Assembly (NCBI GenBank): GCA_027492515.1
Contig: JAPUEP010000196.1
Location: 1 to 51,489 of the forward strand
Length of the DNA stretch: 51,489 nucleotides
Direction of reading: 5' to 3'
From: Hyphomonadaceae bacterium
GTDB taxonomy: Bacteria > Pseudomonadota > Alphaproteobacteria > Caulobacterales > Aquidulcibacteraceae
Part shown: positions 8,945 to 18,732 of the stretch, in pieces
Layout of the letters: each line of letters starts with the position of its first letter
Numbering within the stretch: position 1 is the first letter of the stretch
Position numbers and translations under genes: made by a program
The notes under the pieces: model-generated
Seen by the model: only the letters and a program-made list of their open reading frames with translations
Told to the model about the DNA's origin: nothing
The model's database searches: none

Positions 8945-10108
8945 TTATTCGGCGCGGATATGCGTCATTGCACCTTCTATTTCCTGTGAAACCTTGGCGC
9001 CCAAGAATTTACCATATTCACATTTTGCCAATGCTTCTTTTGGTGGGAAAATAATTGGATTATTTTTGTATGAATCATCCATAAGCGCCTTAGCAGCAGC
9101 ATTTGGCGTTGGATAAAGGATGGTTTTTGAAATATCGGCGCCTTTTTGCGCATCCAAAAGATAATTTATGAAGCCATGCGCATTATTTGGGCTTGGCGCG
9201 CCAACTGGAATACACATACAATCAGAATTTAGTAATGAACCTTCTTTTGGAATAATGAAATCCAAATCATCATCTTCGGTTTTTGCTTGCGCAATGTCGC
9301 CATTATATTCGATTACCAAATCAACTTCTTTTTTAAGAAGCATTTCCTGACCATCATCTTCATGGAAGCGTTTTACATTTTTCTTTTGTTTTGCCAAAAT
9401 ATCACTGGCTTGTTTTAATAATTCAGGCGAATAATCATTAACTGATTTACCCAAATATTTGAATGTAAGACGGAATAAATCAAGGCTTTCACCCAAAAGT
9501 GCAATTTTGCCTGCATATTCATCTGAATCTAAAACATATTTCCATGAATCAGGGATTTGACCATTTTTCATCGCAGATTTGCGATAGCCAATACCCAAAA
9601 CAAGCCAAGTATATGGCATTGAATATTTACGACCTGGGTCAAATTCTGGATCTAAGAAAGCAGGGTCGATATTTTTTATATTTGGAATTTTTGCATGATC
9701 AAGCGGCTGAATAATCTTTGCCTCTGCCATACGCGTTACATATTCATTTGAAGGCATAATCACATCATAGCCGGGATTGCCTTCATGGAATTTTGCAAAC
9801 AATTCATCATTGGTTGAAAATAGGCTCATAGAAACTTCAACACCTGTATCAGATTTGAAATCTGCAAGCGTGTTTTCGCCGATATAAGTATCCCAATTAT
9901 AGAATTGAAGTTTTTTGGCTTCGCTATTCTCGATTTTAAATTTACCACCGCTTGCGCTTGGTTTTGCGCCATCAGAACCTTTAGAACATGCAGTTATTGT
10001 AAATGCCGCAGCACTTGCACCAAATGCCGCCAAGAAGGCGCGTCTGGAACGTGAATTTCCTTTTAAAAATTTTGCAATTTCATAATCACTTAGTTTAATT
10101 TCTGACAT
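8945..10108 (-). CDS. polyamine ABC substrate-binding protein (PotD/PotF family), Tat lipoprotein-type signal
   Basis: YNWDTYI, GYDVIMPS, YSMPYTW, IPKEG; N-terminal SRRAFL and ITAC lipobox. Confidence 0.92.
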   Translation of the reverse strand: MSEIKLSDYEIAKFLKGNSRSRRAFLAAFGASAAAFTITACSKGSDGAKPSASGGKFKIENSEAKKLQFYNWDTYIGENTLADFKSDTGVEVSMSLFSTNDELFAKFHEGNPGYDVIMPSNEYVTRMAEAKIIQPLDHAKIPNIKNIDPAFLDPEFDPGRKYSMPYTWLVLGIGYRKSAMKNGQIPDSWKYVLDSDEYAGKIALLGESLDLFRLTFKYLGKSVNDYSPELLKQASDILAKQKKNVKRFHEDDGQEMLLKKEVDLVIEYNGDIAQAKTEDDDLDFIIPKEGSLLNSDCMCIPVGAPSPNNAHGFINYLLDAQKGADISKTILYPTPNAAAKALMDDSYKNNPIIFPPKEALAKCEYGKFLGAKVSQEIEGAMTHIRAE

Positions 10109-10144
10109 ACCTTCACCCCTTTATTATTTAGAGTTTAACTTATT

Positions 10145-11539
10145 TTACGCATTACGGAAGTACCAATCATAATCTTCAAGCGGAATATTCGCTTGATAAC
10201 GATTTTGTTCAGTTTTCTTGATAATTGCATACATTTTTTGGAAGCGTTCGCCCAAATATTGCCCAATGATTGGGCATTTTTCAAAAGTTTCTACCGCAGA
10301 ATACCAATTCATTGGCAGGGTAACGGGTGATTTATCAGCCTGTGAATAGCCATCACCTTCGATAATTTCGCTTGGCTCTAATTGGTTTTTGATACCATGA
10401 TAGACACCCAAAAGCATTGCCGCCAATCCAAGATATGGCGATGCATCCGCACCTGAAATTCTGTGTTCAATATGGCGGGTTTTTGGTGGACCTGCGGTAA
10501 CGCGAAGGCCAACGGTGCGATTATTAATGCCCCATGTTGCCGCGATTGGTGCATAAGAATTACCAACAAAGCGGCGATATGAATTGGCATTTGGCGCAAA
10601 AATTGCCATTAAAGATGGCATTGTTTGTTGCATGCCCGCGATGGCGTGTTTCATCATTTTATCGCCATTTTCAGATCCTTGGGCAAAAATATTATTGCCA
10701 TCCTTATCTAAAACCGAAACATGAAGATGTTGACCATTACCTGCAAGGCCTTGGAAAGGTTTTGCCATAAAGCAGGCTTCAAGGCCGTGTTTAACCGCAA
10801 CCCCTTTTACAAGGCGCTTATACATCATTGCTTCATCGGCAACGCGCAATGCATCGGCGCGGTGGTCAAGGCCAATTTCCAATTGCCCAGGTGCAAATTC
10901 GGAAATTGCGGCCTCAATTGGTAAGCCTTGAAGTTGTGCGCAATTATATAAATCACGCAAAAAATCCATATGATCATCAAGTTCGCGCAAGCCATAAACT
11001 TCATTACCAATTGGCGTATGACCCGAAGTCGGCGATGCTGGAAGGTGCGGACGCTCACCAAACTTACGCGCCCCGCATAGATAAAATTCCAATTCGCACG
11101 CAACATCAGGCGTTAAGCCAATTTCGGTAAATTTATCCAAAACCCCTTGCAAAATCATGCGTGGGTCAAGGTCATTTTGTTGACCATCAAGTTCATAAAG
11201 TGAAACAATACATTGCGCCACATCATTTCCAAGCCAAGGCGCACGAACCAATGTATTTGACGCAGGTTTTGCCAATCTATCGGCATCACCATCTTCCCAA
11301 ACAAGGCCAGTATCTTCACAATCTGCGCCCATTGTATCAACAACAGTTATTGAGCCCGGTAAATAACGGCCATGCCCATAAACACCCAATAATTCATGTG
11401 GGCGAATTCTTTTGCCGCGCGGAACATCGGTGATTGGTGTATAAATCACATCAATAAAGGCAATATCGGGATTATCCGCCAAAAATTTTGCCGCATCATC
11501 CTTATCTGCAATATCCGCTGTGTAACCTTTGTTTGTCAA
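10145..11539 (-). CDS. glutamine synthetase-like protein, probable gamma-glutamyl-polyamine ligase (PuuA/PauA type)
   Basis: RGKR, ELEFYL, EFAPGQLE, FMAKP, GQHLHVS, NRT..LR, IEHR..GADA.PY; polyamine operon context. Confidence 0.85.
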   Translation of the reverse strand: MTNKGYTADIADKDDAAKFLADNPDIAFIDVIYTPITDVPRGKRIRPHELLGVYGHGRYLPGSITVVDTMGADCEDTGLVWEDGDADRLAKPASNTLVRAPWLGNDVAQCIVSLYELDGQQNDLDPRMILQGVLDKFTEIGLTPDVACELEFYLCGARKFGERPHLPASPTSGHTPIGNEVYGLRELDDHMDFLRDLYNCAQLQGLPIEAAISEFAPGQLEIGLDHRADALRVADEAMMYKRLVKGVAVKHGLEACFMAKPFQGLAGNGQHLHVSVLDKDGNNIFAQGSENGDKMMKHAIAGMQQTMPSLMAIFAPNANSYRRFVGNSYAPIAATWGINNRTVGLRVTAGPPKTRHIEHRISGADASPYLGLAAMLLGVYHGIKNQLEPSEIIEGDGYSQADKSPVTLPMNWYSAVETFEKCPIIGQYLGERFQKMYAIIKKTEQNRYQANIPLEDYDWYFRNA

Positions 11540-11548
11540 AATATTTTC

Positions 11549-12925
11549 CTATACTTTTAATAATAGGTGTTCGCGTTCCCATGCCGAAACCACACCTTCA
11601 AAATTATCTAATTCACTTTCTTTGATTGCCGCAAAAATTTGACAAAAATCTTCGCCAAGGATTTCGCGTACTGGGCCGCAATCTTTAAATCTTTCTAATG
11701 CTTCATCTAAAGTTCGTGGCAATGAACGTGGCAATCTATATGCGGAACCCAAAAGTGGTGCTGTTGGCTCTAATTCTTGCATTATACCAACATAACCACA
11801 GGCAAGTGATGCCGCAATTGCCAAATATGGATTGCAATCTGCCCCCGGAAGGCGGTTTTCAACCCGACGATTTTGCCCATCAGATAAAGGAACACGTAAC
11901 CCGCAAGAGCGATTATCACGACCCCATTGCACATTAATCGGTGCATCAAATTGCGGACGCATACGGCGGAAAGAATTCACATTTGGCGCAAATAAAGGCG
12001 CGCAATCAGGCAAATATTTTTGTAAACCTGCGATAAAGCTTCTAAACATTGGGCTATCTTGCCCGTTTGTATGGGCAAAAAGGTTTTGCCCGGTTTCTTT
12101 TGATTGCAATGATTGGTGAATATGCATTGCAGAACCGGGTTGATTATCCATTGGTTTTGCCATGAATGTTCCATAAACCCCGTTTGCAAGGGCAACTTGG
12201 CGGAAAATTCTTTTAAATACCAAAACCTGATCCGCCAATAACATTGGGTCACCGTGATTAAAGTTTACCTCTAATTGTGCGGCCCCCGCCTCGTGGATCA
12301 TTGTGTCAATATCGATTTCGGCGATTTCGCAATATTCATATACCTGCTCGATTAAATCCTCATGCTCATTGAGGGCTTCGAGGCCATAAGGTTGTGAAAC
12401 TTTTTCAGCGCGCCCAGAACGACCGATTGGGGTTTCGAGCGGCAAATCGGGGTCAATATTTTTTGCGGTCAAAAAGAATTCAAGTTCGGGGGCAATTATT
12501 GGCTCCCACCCATGACCTTCATAAAGCTCTAAAATACGGCGCAATACCCGCCTTGGCGCAATATCAATTGGCGAGCCATTATTGCTAAAGGCATCGGTCA
12601 TAACAAAGGCGGTGGGGGTGCGATAACCTGGTGCAACCCTTATTGAACCTGCATCTGGTAATAATACGCAATCAGGATCTTGAATCCCCTCATCCCCATC
12701 ATTGGGAATTTCAGGATAATCACCAGTCATAGTAACGGTAAGTATGGATGAGGCAATTCGCAACGTTCGCCCCTTAACCCCTTGTAAAAAGCGCGATGCA
12801 GGAACAACTTTACCACGAATAATACCATTCATATCGGGCAAAAGAAGCTCGATTTCCGTGACGCCCTTTTCCTTTATCCAAGTTTCAAGGTGCTTATAGT
12901 CTGCTGTGTGGACGAATTGCGACAT
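11549..12925 (-). CDS. glutamine synthetase-like protein, probable gamma-glutamyl-polyamine ligase (PuuA/PauA type)
   Basis: PDMNGIIRGK, APELEFFL, HEAGAAQLE, GSAMHIHQS, RVENRLPGADCNPY. Confidence 0.87.
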   Translation of the reverse strand: MSQFVHTADYKHLETWIKEKGVTEIELLLPDMNGIIRGKVVPASRFLQGVKGRTLRIASSILTVTMTGDYPEIPNDGDEGIQDPDCVLLPDAGSIRVAPGYRTPTAFVMTDAFSNNGSPIDIAPRRVLRRILELYEGHGWEPIIAPELEFFLTAKNIDPDLPLETPIGRSGRAEKVSQPYGLEALNEHEDLIEQVYEYCEIAEIDIDTMIHEAGAAQLEVNFNHGDPMLLADQVLVFKRIFRQVALANGVYGTFMAKPMDNQPGSAMHIHQSLQSKETGQNLFAHTNGQDSPMFRSFIAGLQKYLPDCAPLFAPNVNSFRRMRPQFDAPINVQWGRDNRSCGLRVPLSDGQNRRVENRLPGADCNPYLAIAASLACGYVGIMQELEPTAPLLGSAYRLPRSLPRTLDEALERFKDCGPVREILGEDFCQIFAAIKESELDNFEGVVSAWEREHLLLKV

Positions 12926-14358
12926 TATTCACCTTTAGTTTTTAAAATTGATATTATTATATCTTGCACAGCTTTCGAATATTGCAAGATATTTTCTTTA
13001 TTTAAGTCTGGCCCCGCCAAAATCATATTATGAAATGGGGTTACCAAGAAACCGCGATTGATAAGCCCAAGATGCAATGCTTCTTCTAGTTCATAATCAA
13101 AGATAGCGCGCATTTCATCGGCATTTTTTGGAATTTGTTTTGAAAATATAATCTCAAGCCTTGCGCCAATGCGAATGATTGACCAATTAAGATTAAGCGA
13201 ATTTATTATTTTCAACAATTCACTTTCAAGCGCTTTTGCGCCCTCAATCATTTTTTCATAGGTTTGCGGGGTTAAAAGTGTTTCGATTGATGATTTAAGG
13301 GCGCTTAATTGCAATAATGAACCGCCCAATGTCGTTCCAATACCCGAATGACCAGATGGTAAATTGGCGCGCCCGATTTCCAATGCATCCTTGATTTCAT
13401 CAGAAAAGCCCCAAATTGCACATGGAACACCACCTGCAACAGCCTTACCAGCGACAAATAGGTCGGGTTTTAAATTATAAACCTTTGAATATCCGCCAAA
13501 GCCAGTTGATAAAGTGTGGGTTTCATCCATCAAAACCAATGTGCCATATTTTTTTGCGCATTTTAGAACAAATTCTAAAAATCCATCCTTAGGCGGAACA
13601 ATCCCACAATTTGTAAGCGCAGGCTCCATAATTATACAGGCCACATCTTGGCCCGATAAAATACCTTCGACTTCGATTTCATCATTAAACGGAACGCAAT
13701 AAGTATTTATAGAAGGGTCAAAGGCCGAACCCCAAAGGCTTGGTTTGGCAATGGTTTTGCCATTTTTATCAAGACAAACCGTAGTTTCATCCACCGCGCC
13801 ATGATAGCAGCCATCAAAAACCAATATTTTCTGACGCCCTGTCGCAAGCCTTGCAACCCGCAAAGCAAATCGATTTGCATCGGACGCGCTTAAAGCCAAT
13901 TGCCAATTTGGCAAGCCAAAAATTTGCGCAAGCCTATTGCCAACAAAATCAGAATATTTTGAAGGCAGCATAGATGTAAGGCCATTTTCGCCAGCCTCAT
14001 TAAGTGCCTTTTGTGTTGCCACTGGTGAATGACCAAACATTGCACCAGTATCACCAAGACAAAGGTCAATTAATTCATTGCCATCAATATCTTTGATTTT
14101 AACGCCCTTGGCACTTTCAACATAAAGCGGGAAGGGAATAGGCCAATCAAGCATCCAATGTTGTGGAACACCGCCAAAAAATCCGCCATTTTTGCTTTCA
14201 CTATTGCCAAGCCCATTGGCCTTTAGAAAGCCCTTTGGGCGATCTTCAATATATTTTGCGCGATTTTGGGCAATAAAAGATTTTAATTTTTCGCGGTCAA
14301 TTTGACCATCGAATTTGTGATTATGTTCTAATTCTAACTGCTCGACAAATTCACTCAC
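12925..14358 (-). CDS. class III PLP aminotransferase (GSA-aminomutase-like), probably polyamine catabolism
   Basis: DIDGN..ID, FDGCYHG, MEPA, MDETHT, AGKAVAGG (PLP Lys); first gene of the polyamine operon. Confidence 0.85.
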   Translation of the reverse strand: MSEFVEQLELEHNHKFDGQIDREKLKSFIAQNRAKYIEDRPKGFLKANGLGNSESKNGGFFGGVPQHWMLDWPIPFPLYVESAKGVKIKDIDGNELIDLCLGDTGAMFGHSPVATQKALNEAGENGLTSMLPSKYSDFVGNRLAQIFGLPNWQLALSASDANRFALRVARLATGRQKILVFDGCYHGAVDETTVCLDKNGKTIAKPSLWGSAFDPSINTYCVPFNDEIEVEGILSGQDVACIIMEPALTNCGIVPPKDGFLEFVLKCAKKYGTLVLMDETHTLSTGFGGYSKVYNLKPDLFVAGKAVAGGVPCAIWGFSDEIKDALEIGRANLPSGHSGIGTTLGGSLLQLSALKSSIETLLTPQTYEKMIEGAKALESELLKIINSLNLNWSIIRIGARLEIIFSKQIPKNADEMRAIFDYELEEALHLGLINRGFLVTPFHNMILAGPDLNKENILQYSKAVQDIIISILKTKGE

Positions 14359-14369
14359 GAAACACCTTA

Positions 14370-14383
14370 TTTGTTATAACAAA
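14370..14383. promoter_or_regulatory. perfect 14-bp palindrome, candidate operator of the polyamine operon
   Basis: TTTGTTATAACAAA just upstream of the RBS/GTG start (14358); TTGACC on the minus strand at 14415-14410. Confidence 0.55.
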
Positions 14384-14449
14384 CTTAGTGAAACAAAATA
14401 TTCTTATTTGGTCAAGCGCTTTAGTAAATATTTTTATCGATAATACTGT

Positions 14450-15265
14450 CTATATTTCAATTTCAACAGAACAAGGCACATGGTCTGATGGTTTTTCCCA
14501 GCCGCGCGCATCACGTAAAATTTGATATGTTCCTATATCAACCTTAGGCAATAAATTGTCTGAAACCCATATATGATCGAGCCTTCTGCCCTTATTATTT
14601 TTTGTCCAATCCGCAGCGCGGTATGACCACCAAGAATATAATTTTTCTTTTTCATCGCGTTCATGGCGCGCAATATCAATGAATTTGCCGCCTTTGCGCA
14701 ATCTTTCCAATGTTTCGGTTTCAATTGGCGTGTGGCTTACAACATTCAAAAGCGATTTATGTGACCAAACATCATGTTCATGCGGGGCAATATTCAAATC
14801 ACCAACAACAATTGTATCGCCATGATTTTGCGCATAATGTTTTTCCATACGATCCAAAAAATCTAATTTATGCGCAAATTTGTCATTAATAGCGGGGTCA
14901 GGTTCATCACCGCCCGCCGGGACATATAAATTATGAATAGTTGGGCCATTTTCACCAATTTTTGCCGCCGCAATCCTTGAATGTGAATTCATACAAAAAT
15001 CAGGTGCGGCTACTTCAGAGATTGGAATTCTTGAAACAATGGCAACACCGTGCCATCCCTTTTGGCCATTTATAACTTTGTATTTATAGCCCAATTCATC
15101 AAAATCGGCACTTGGAAATTCTTCATTTTGGCATTTAATTTCTTGAAGGCACAAAATATCAGGCGAAAATTGATTTAGATAATCTTTCACAATTCCAATG
15201 CGCAGGCGCACAGAATTAATGTTCCAAGTGGCAATTTTAATTTTAGTCATAGTTTTAAAAACCAT
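14450..15265 (-). CDS. xth: exodeoxyribonuclease III (start may be 15250)
   Basis: ATWNINSVR, LCLQEIK, GVAI, YVPAG, GDLNIAP, YSWWSYR, RLDHIW, PSDH. Confidence 0.95.
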   Translation of the reverse strand: MVFKTMTKIKIATWNINSVRLRIGIVKDYLNQFSPDILCLQEIKCQNEEFPSADFDELGYKYKVINGQKGWHGVAIVSRIPISEVAAPDFCMNSHSRIAAAKIGENGPTIHNLYVPAGGDEPDPAINDKFAHKLDFLDRMEKHYAQNHGDTIVVGDLNIAPHEHDVWSHKSLLNVVSHTPIETETLERLRKGGKFIDIARHERDEKEKLYSWWSYRAADWTKNNKGRRLDHIWVSDNLLPKVDIGTYQILRDARGWEKPSDHVPCSVEIEI

Positions 15266-15285
15266 GCTTTGACCAATTGTGTCAA

Positions 15286-16329
15286 CTATCGCCCAATCAA
15301 TCTTTTTGCCTGTTCATCGGCAACAATTGCAGGTGAAACATTGCGTGAAATTGCTTCTTTAAGAACATTTTCCAAAGTATTTGGAATGTTTGAAACGTGT
15401 TTTTCAACCGCATCTTTTGAATAATTTCCACCAACTTCATATGCAACATTTATAATGCCACCTGCATTAACAACATAATCAGGGCAATATAAAATATCGC
15501 GTTTTACAAGTTCAGCGCCATGCTTTTCTTGCGCTAATTGATTGTTTGCCGCGCCGCAAATGATTGGCGCTTTGAAATTTGGAATTGATGCATCATTGAT
15601 TACTGCACCCATTGCGCATGGCGCAAAAACATCAACATCAAGGCCGATAATTTCGTCAATATCAACAATTTCACCGTTTGAAATTGATGCCGCATGGGCA
15701 ACGCGACCATTATCAGTATCGCAAACAAAAACTTTTGCGCCCGCTTGCGAAAGCCTGCGGCATAAATCTGCGCCAACTGCGCCAGCGCCTTGAACCGCAA
15801 CTTTAAGGCCATTTAGGTCTTTTCTACCAAATTTGATTTCAACTGCTTTTTCAATTGAAAGAAAAACACCAAGTGCGGTCATTGGTGATGGTTCGCCGCC
15901 AAATCCTAATTTTGGGTCACGCCCAAAAACATGATTGGTTTTCTTTGCGATATTTTCCATATCAGCCAAAGTCATGCCAACATCTTCGGCGGCTAAATAT
16001 TTACCGCCCAAATTTTCAATTGCATCGCCAAGTGAATGCATTAATTCGGCATTTTTATCAGTGCGTGGATTCCCGATTAAAACCGCCTTACCACCGCCAA
16101 GTTTTAAACCTGCCATTGCATTTTTATATGACATGCCACGCGAAAGACGTAAAACATCTTTGATTGCACTTTCGCTATCCGCATAAGGGAACATCCTAAC
16201 GCCGCCAGCCGCAGGGCCAAGGTGGGTTGAATGAACCGCAATAATTGCACGCATTTTAGTACGGCGATCGGTTGCAAAGGTTACGCTTTCATGTTCGTCA
16301 AAATCAGCTTGTTCAAAAAAAGATGGCAT
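15286..16329 (-). CDS. Glu/Leu/Phe/Val dehydrogenase, leucine-dehydrogenase-like
   Basis: AIIAVHST.LGPA.GG.R, LSRGMSYKNA, GGGKAV, AEDVG, QGAGAVG, APCA, GAANNQL, PDYVVNAGG. Confidence 0.93.
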   Translation of the reverse strand: MPSFFEQADFDEHESVTFATDRRTKMRAIIAVHSTHLGPAAGGVRMFPYADSESAIKDVLRLSRGMSYKNAMAGLKLGGGKAVLIGNPRTDKNAELMHSLGDAIENLGGKYLAAEDVGMTLADMENIAKKTNHVFGRDPKLGFGGEPSPMTALGVFLSIEKAVEIKFGRKDLNGLKVAVQGAGAVGADLCRRLSQAGAKVFVCDTDNGRVAHAASISNGEIVDIDEIIGLDVDVFAPCAMGAVINDASIPNFKAPIICGAANNQLAQEKHGAELVKRDILYCPDYVVNAGGIINVAYEVGGNYSKDAVEKHVSNIPNTLENVLKEAISRNVSPAIVADEQAKRLIGR

Positions 16330-16395
16330 ATTTTTCCCCTATATGGCCTCAATAATAGTTGCAAATGTAATTGAAAAGGTGAGGGGTGTGGAAAA

Positions 16396-16410
16396 AGCAA
16401 TGCAATTGCT
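16396..16410. promoter_or_regulatory. inverted repeat in the divergent dehydrogenase/ast intergenic region
   Basis: AGCAAT-GCA-ATTGCT. Confidence 0.35.
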
Positions 16411-16444
16411 ATAACATTTTCTTTTTTCCATTTTGAGGGAAAGC

Positions 16445-17707
16445 TTGACCGTAAAAACCACGATTCTTGATAAATATTGTCTTGAGGTGCTTGAAAAAGT
16501 GCCGCTTGATTTTGCGCATTATCAAAAAAACCTTGTTGATTGGTGTAACCACAATACGGGATCACGAAATTATTCATCCGTTGCAAGCTTCTTGCCGCGC
16601 CTTGAAAATGCGTTTGCGCAATTGGGCGGTGAAATAAAACATTTGCCATTGGAAAAAGAGCGTGTGGTTCTTGCAAATGGCGAAATTAAAGAGATTGATT
16701 TAGGCCATTCGCTACATGTTAAAATGCGCCCAAATGCACCAATTCAATTGGTTCTAACTGGTCATTATGACACTGTTTTCGGCGCTGATTCGCATTTTCA
16801 AAATGTGACAGACTTGGGTGATGAGAATATTTATGGCCCCGGTGTTGCCGATATGAAGGGTGGGATTTTGGTAATGCTTGAAGGGCTTAAGGCCTTTGAA
16901 AATCATCCCGATAAAAATAATATTGGCTATGAAGTTCTTTTATCACCTGATGAAGAAATTGGCTCTTTGGGTTCGGCGCATATTTTGTATGAAATCGGTA
17001 AAAAATCCGATTTGGGGCTTACTTTTGAACCTGCATTACCTGATGGCTCGATGGCGGGTGCACGTAAAGGTTCTGCAAATTTTGCGCTTATAATTCATGG
17101 TGTCTCTGCTCATGTTGGGCGCGCGCATCACGAAGGTAAAAGCGCTATAAAAGCTGCGGCACAATTTGTTTGCGAAATCGAAGATATTAATGGCAAATAT
17201 GACGGTATTACCATTAATACAGGCAAAATTGATGGCGGTAGCGCCAATAATGTAGTTCCTGATTTGGCAATTGTGCGTTTTAATATTCGCGCGCCAAGCC
17301 AAGAAAAAATGGAATTTGCAATCGAGCAAGTTAAATCAGCGATAAAAAATCTTGATGGCTTTCATTGCCATTTAGAGGGTGGCATTTCGCGCCCACCAAA
17401 ACCACGTAATTCTTCCCAAGAAAGAATTTTTACCGATATTGGTAATGTTGCGCGTGATTTGGGAATGGAATTACAATTCAAAGATACGGGCGGCGTATGC
17501 GAAGGGAATAATTTATTCGCTTCTGGCTGTCCTAATATTGATACTTTGGGGGTTTGCGGCGGCCTTATTCATTCGCCGCAAGAATTTGCAATAAAGAAAA
17601 GCTTTGGTGAACGTTCGCGTCTTTTGGCGGCGATATTATGTTCATATGCCAATGGCACAATAGACGCCAAAGCGCCAAGAAAACTTATGGGGGAAAATAA
17701 ATGTTAG
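16445..17707 (+). CDS. M20 family metallo-hydrolase associated with ast genes (ORF track start 16433; TTG at 16445 has a GAGGG SD)
   Basis: GHYDTV, GPGVADMKGG, DEEIGS, FEP, GGVCEGN; overlaps astA. Confidence 0.88.
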   Translation: MTVKTTILDKYCLEVLEKVPLDFAHYQKNLVDWCNHNTGSRNYSSVASFLPRLENAFAQLGGEIKHLPLEKERVVLANGEIKEIDLGHSLHVKMRPNAPIQLVLTGHYDTVFGADSHFQNVTDLGDENIYGPGVADMKGGILVMLEGLKAFENHPDKNNIGYEVLLSPDEEIGSLGSAHILYEIGKKSDLGLTFEPALPDGSMAGARKGSANFALIIHGVSAHVGRAHHEGKSAIKAAAQFVCEIEDINGKYDGITINTGKIDGGSANNVVPDLAIVRFNIRAPSQEKMEFAIEQVKSAIKNLDGFHCHLEGGISRPPKPRNSSQERIFTDIGNVARDLGMELQFKDTGGVCEGNNLFASGCPNIDTLGVCGGLIHSPQEFAIKKSFGERSRLLAAILCSYANGTIDAKAPRKLMGENKC

Positions 17708-18732
17708 TGGTAAGACCTGCAAAACAAAGCGATTATGAGGATTTTTATAATTTCGCAAGAATGTCTGGCGCAGGTTTTACAAGCCTTCCCGAAGACCCTG
17801 ACACCTTAAAAAAGCGTCTTGTAAAAAGTGAAAAAACTTTTGCAGGCGACCCTAAATATTGTGACCCAAATGAAGCAGAGGGCGGGGTCTATCTTTTAAT
17901 GGTGGAAAACCCAAAAACCAAACAGGTTTTAGGCTGCGCGGCGGTTAAAACTAATATTGGGCATGATGTGCCATTTTTCAATTTTAGGGTTACAACTTTG
18001 GGGCAATTATCGCGCGTAACAGGGCGAAAATTTGAAATGTCCACCCTTGTAATGGTCAATGATTATACAGGCTCAACCGAAGTTGGAACATTATTCTTAA
18101 ACCCACAACATCGCGGCGAGGGTGCTGGGAAATTATTATCATTGTCGCGCTTCATGCTTATGGCATCAATGCCGAGTAGGTTTGGTAAAACAATTGTTTC
18201 CGAATTGCGCGGCGTGGTTCATCTTGATGGTCGTTCACCATTCTGGGAAGGGGTTGGACGCCCATTTTATCGCATGGACTTTTCGGAGGCTGACAATCTT
18301 TCTGCGGTCACTGATAATCAATTCATTATTGACCTTGGCCCAAAACACCCAATTTATATTGATTTATTACCCGATAGCGCGCGCGGTGCAATCGCCGAAA
18401 CCCATCCAGATGGTGCAGCAGCAAGAAGATTATTAGAGCGCGAAGGCTTAAGATTTGAAGGTGTGATTGATATTTTTGATGGCGGCCCATTACTTGCGTG
18501 CCGTGTTGAAGATACACGCACAATGCGTGAAAGCGTTCGTGCGCCTTTTGTTGTTGGTGATGTTCGCGGCCTTGAAAAATGCCTTTTATCAAATGATAAA
18601 TTAGAGGATTTCGCCTGCACACTTGCACCCGCGCAAATCGAAAAAGATAGAATTTTGGTGTCACAAGAAGTTTTGGATAATTTAGGTATTAAAGAAGGTG
18701 ATTTTGGTCGTGCAAGAGGGTTTGATGTCTAA
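17701..18732 (+). CDS. astA: arginine N-succinyltransferase
   Basis: GFTSLP, EVGTLFL, G.LLSLSRF, ELRG, SPFW, PIY..LL, DIFDGGP. Confidence 0.94.
   Translation: MLVVRPAKQSDYEDFYNFARMSGAGFTSLPEDPDTLKKRLVKSEKTFAGDPKYCDPNEAEGGVYLLMVENPKTKQVLGCAAVKTNIGHDVPFFNFRVTTLGQLSRVTGRKFEMSTLVMVNDYTGSTEVGTLFLNPQHRGEGAGKLLSLSRFMLMASMPSRFGKTIVSELRGVVHLDGRSPFWEGVGRPFYRMDFSEADNLSAVTDNQFIIDLGPKHPIYIDLLPDSARGAIAETHPDGAAARRLLEREGLRFEGVIDIFDGGPLLACRVEDTRTMRESVRAPFVVGDVRGLEKCLLSNDKLEDFACTLAPAQIEKDRILVSQEVLDNLGIKEGDFGRARGFDV

Noticed and set aside
10145-12925. Calling either GS-like gene glnA
   Set aside because: Sequence pattern and polyamine-transporter context fit PuuA/PauA-type ligases; no glnB or ntr context.
12925-14358. 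Calling the aminotransferase hemL given the nearby hem genes
   Set aside because: It is coupled to the polyamine operon, and alphaproteobacteria normally make ALA by the C4 (ALA synthase) route.
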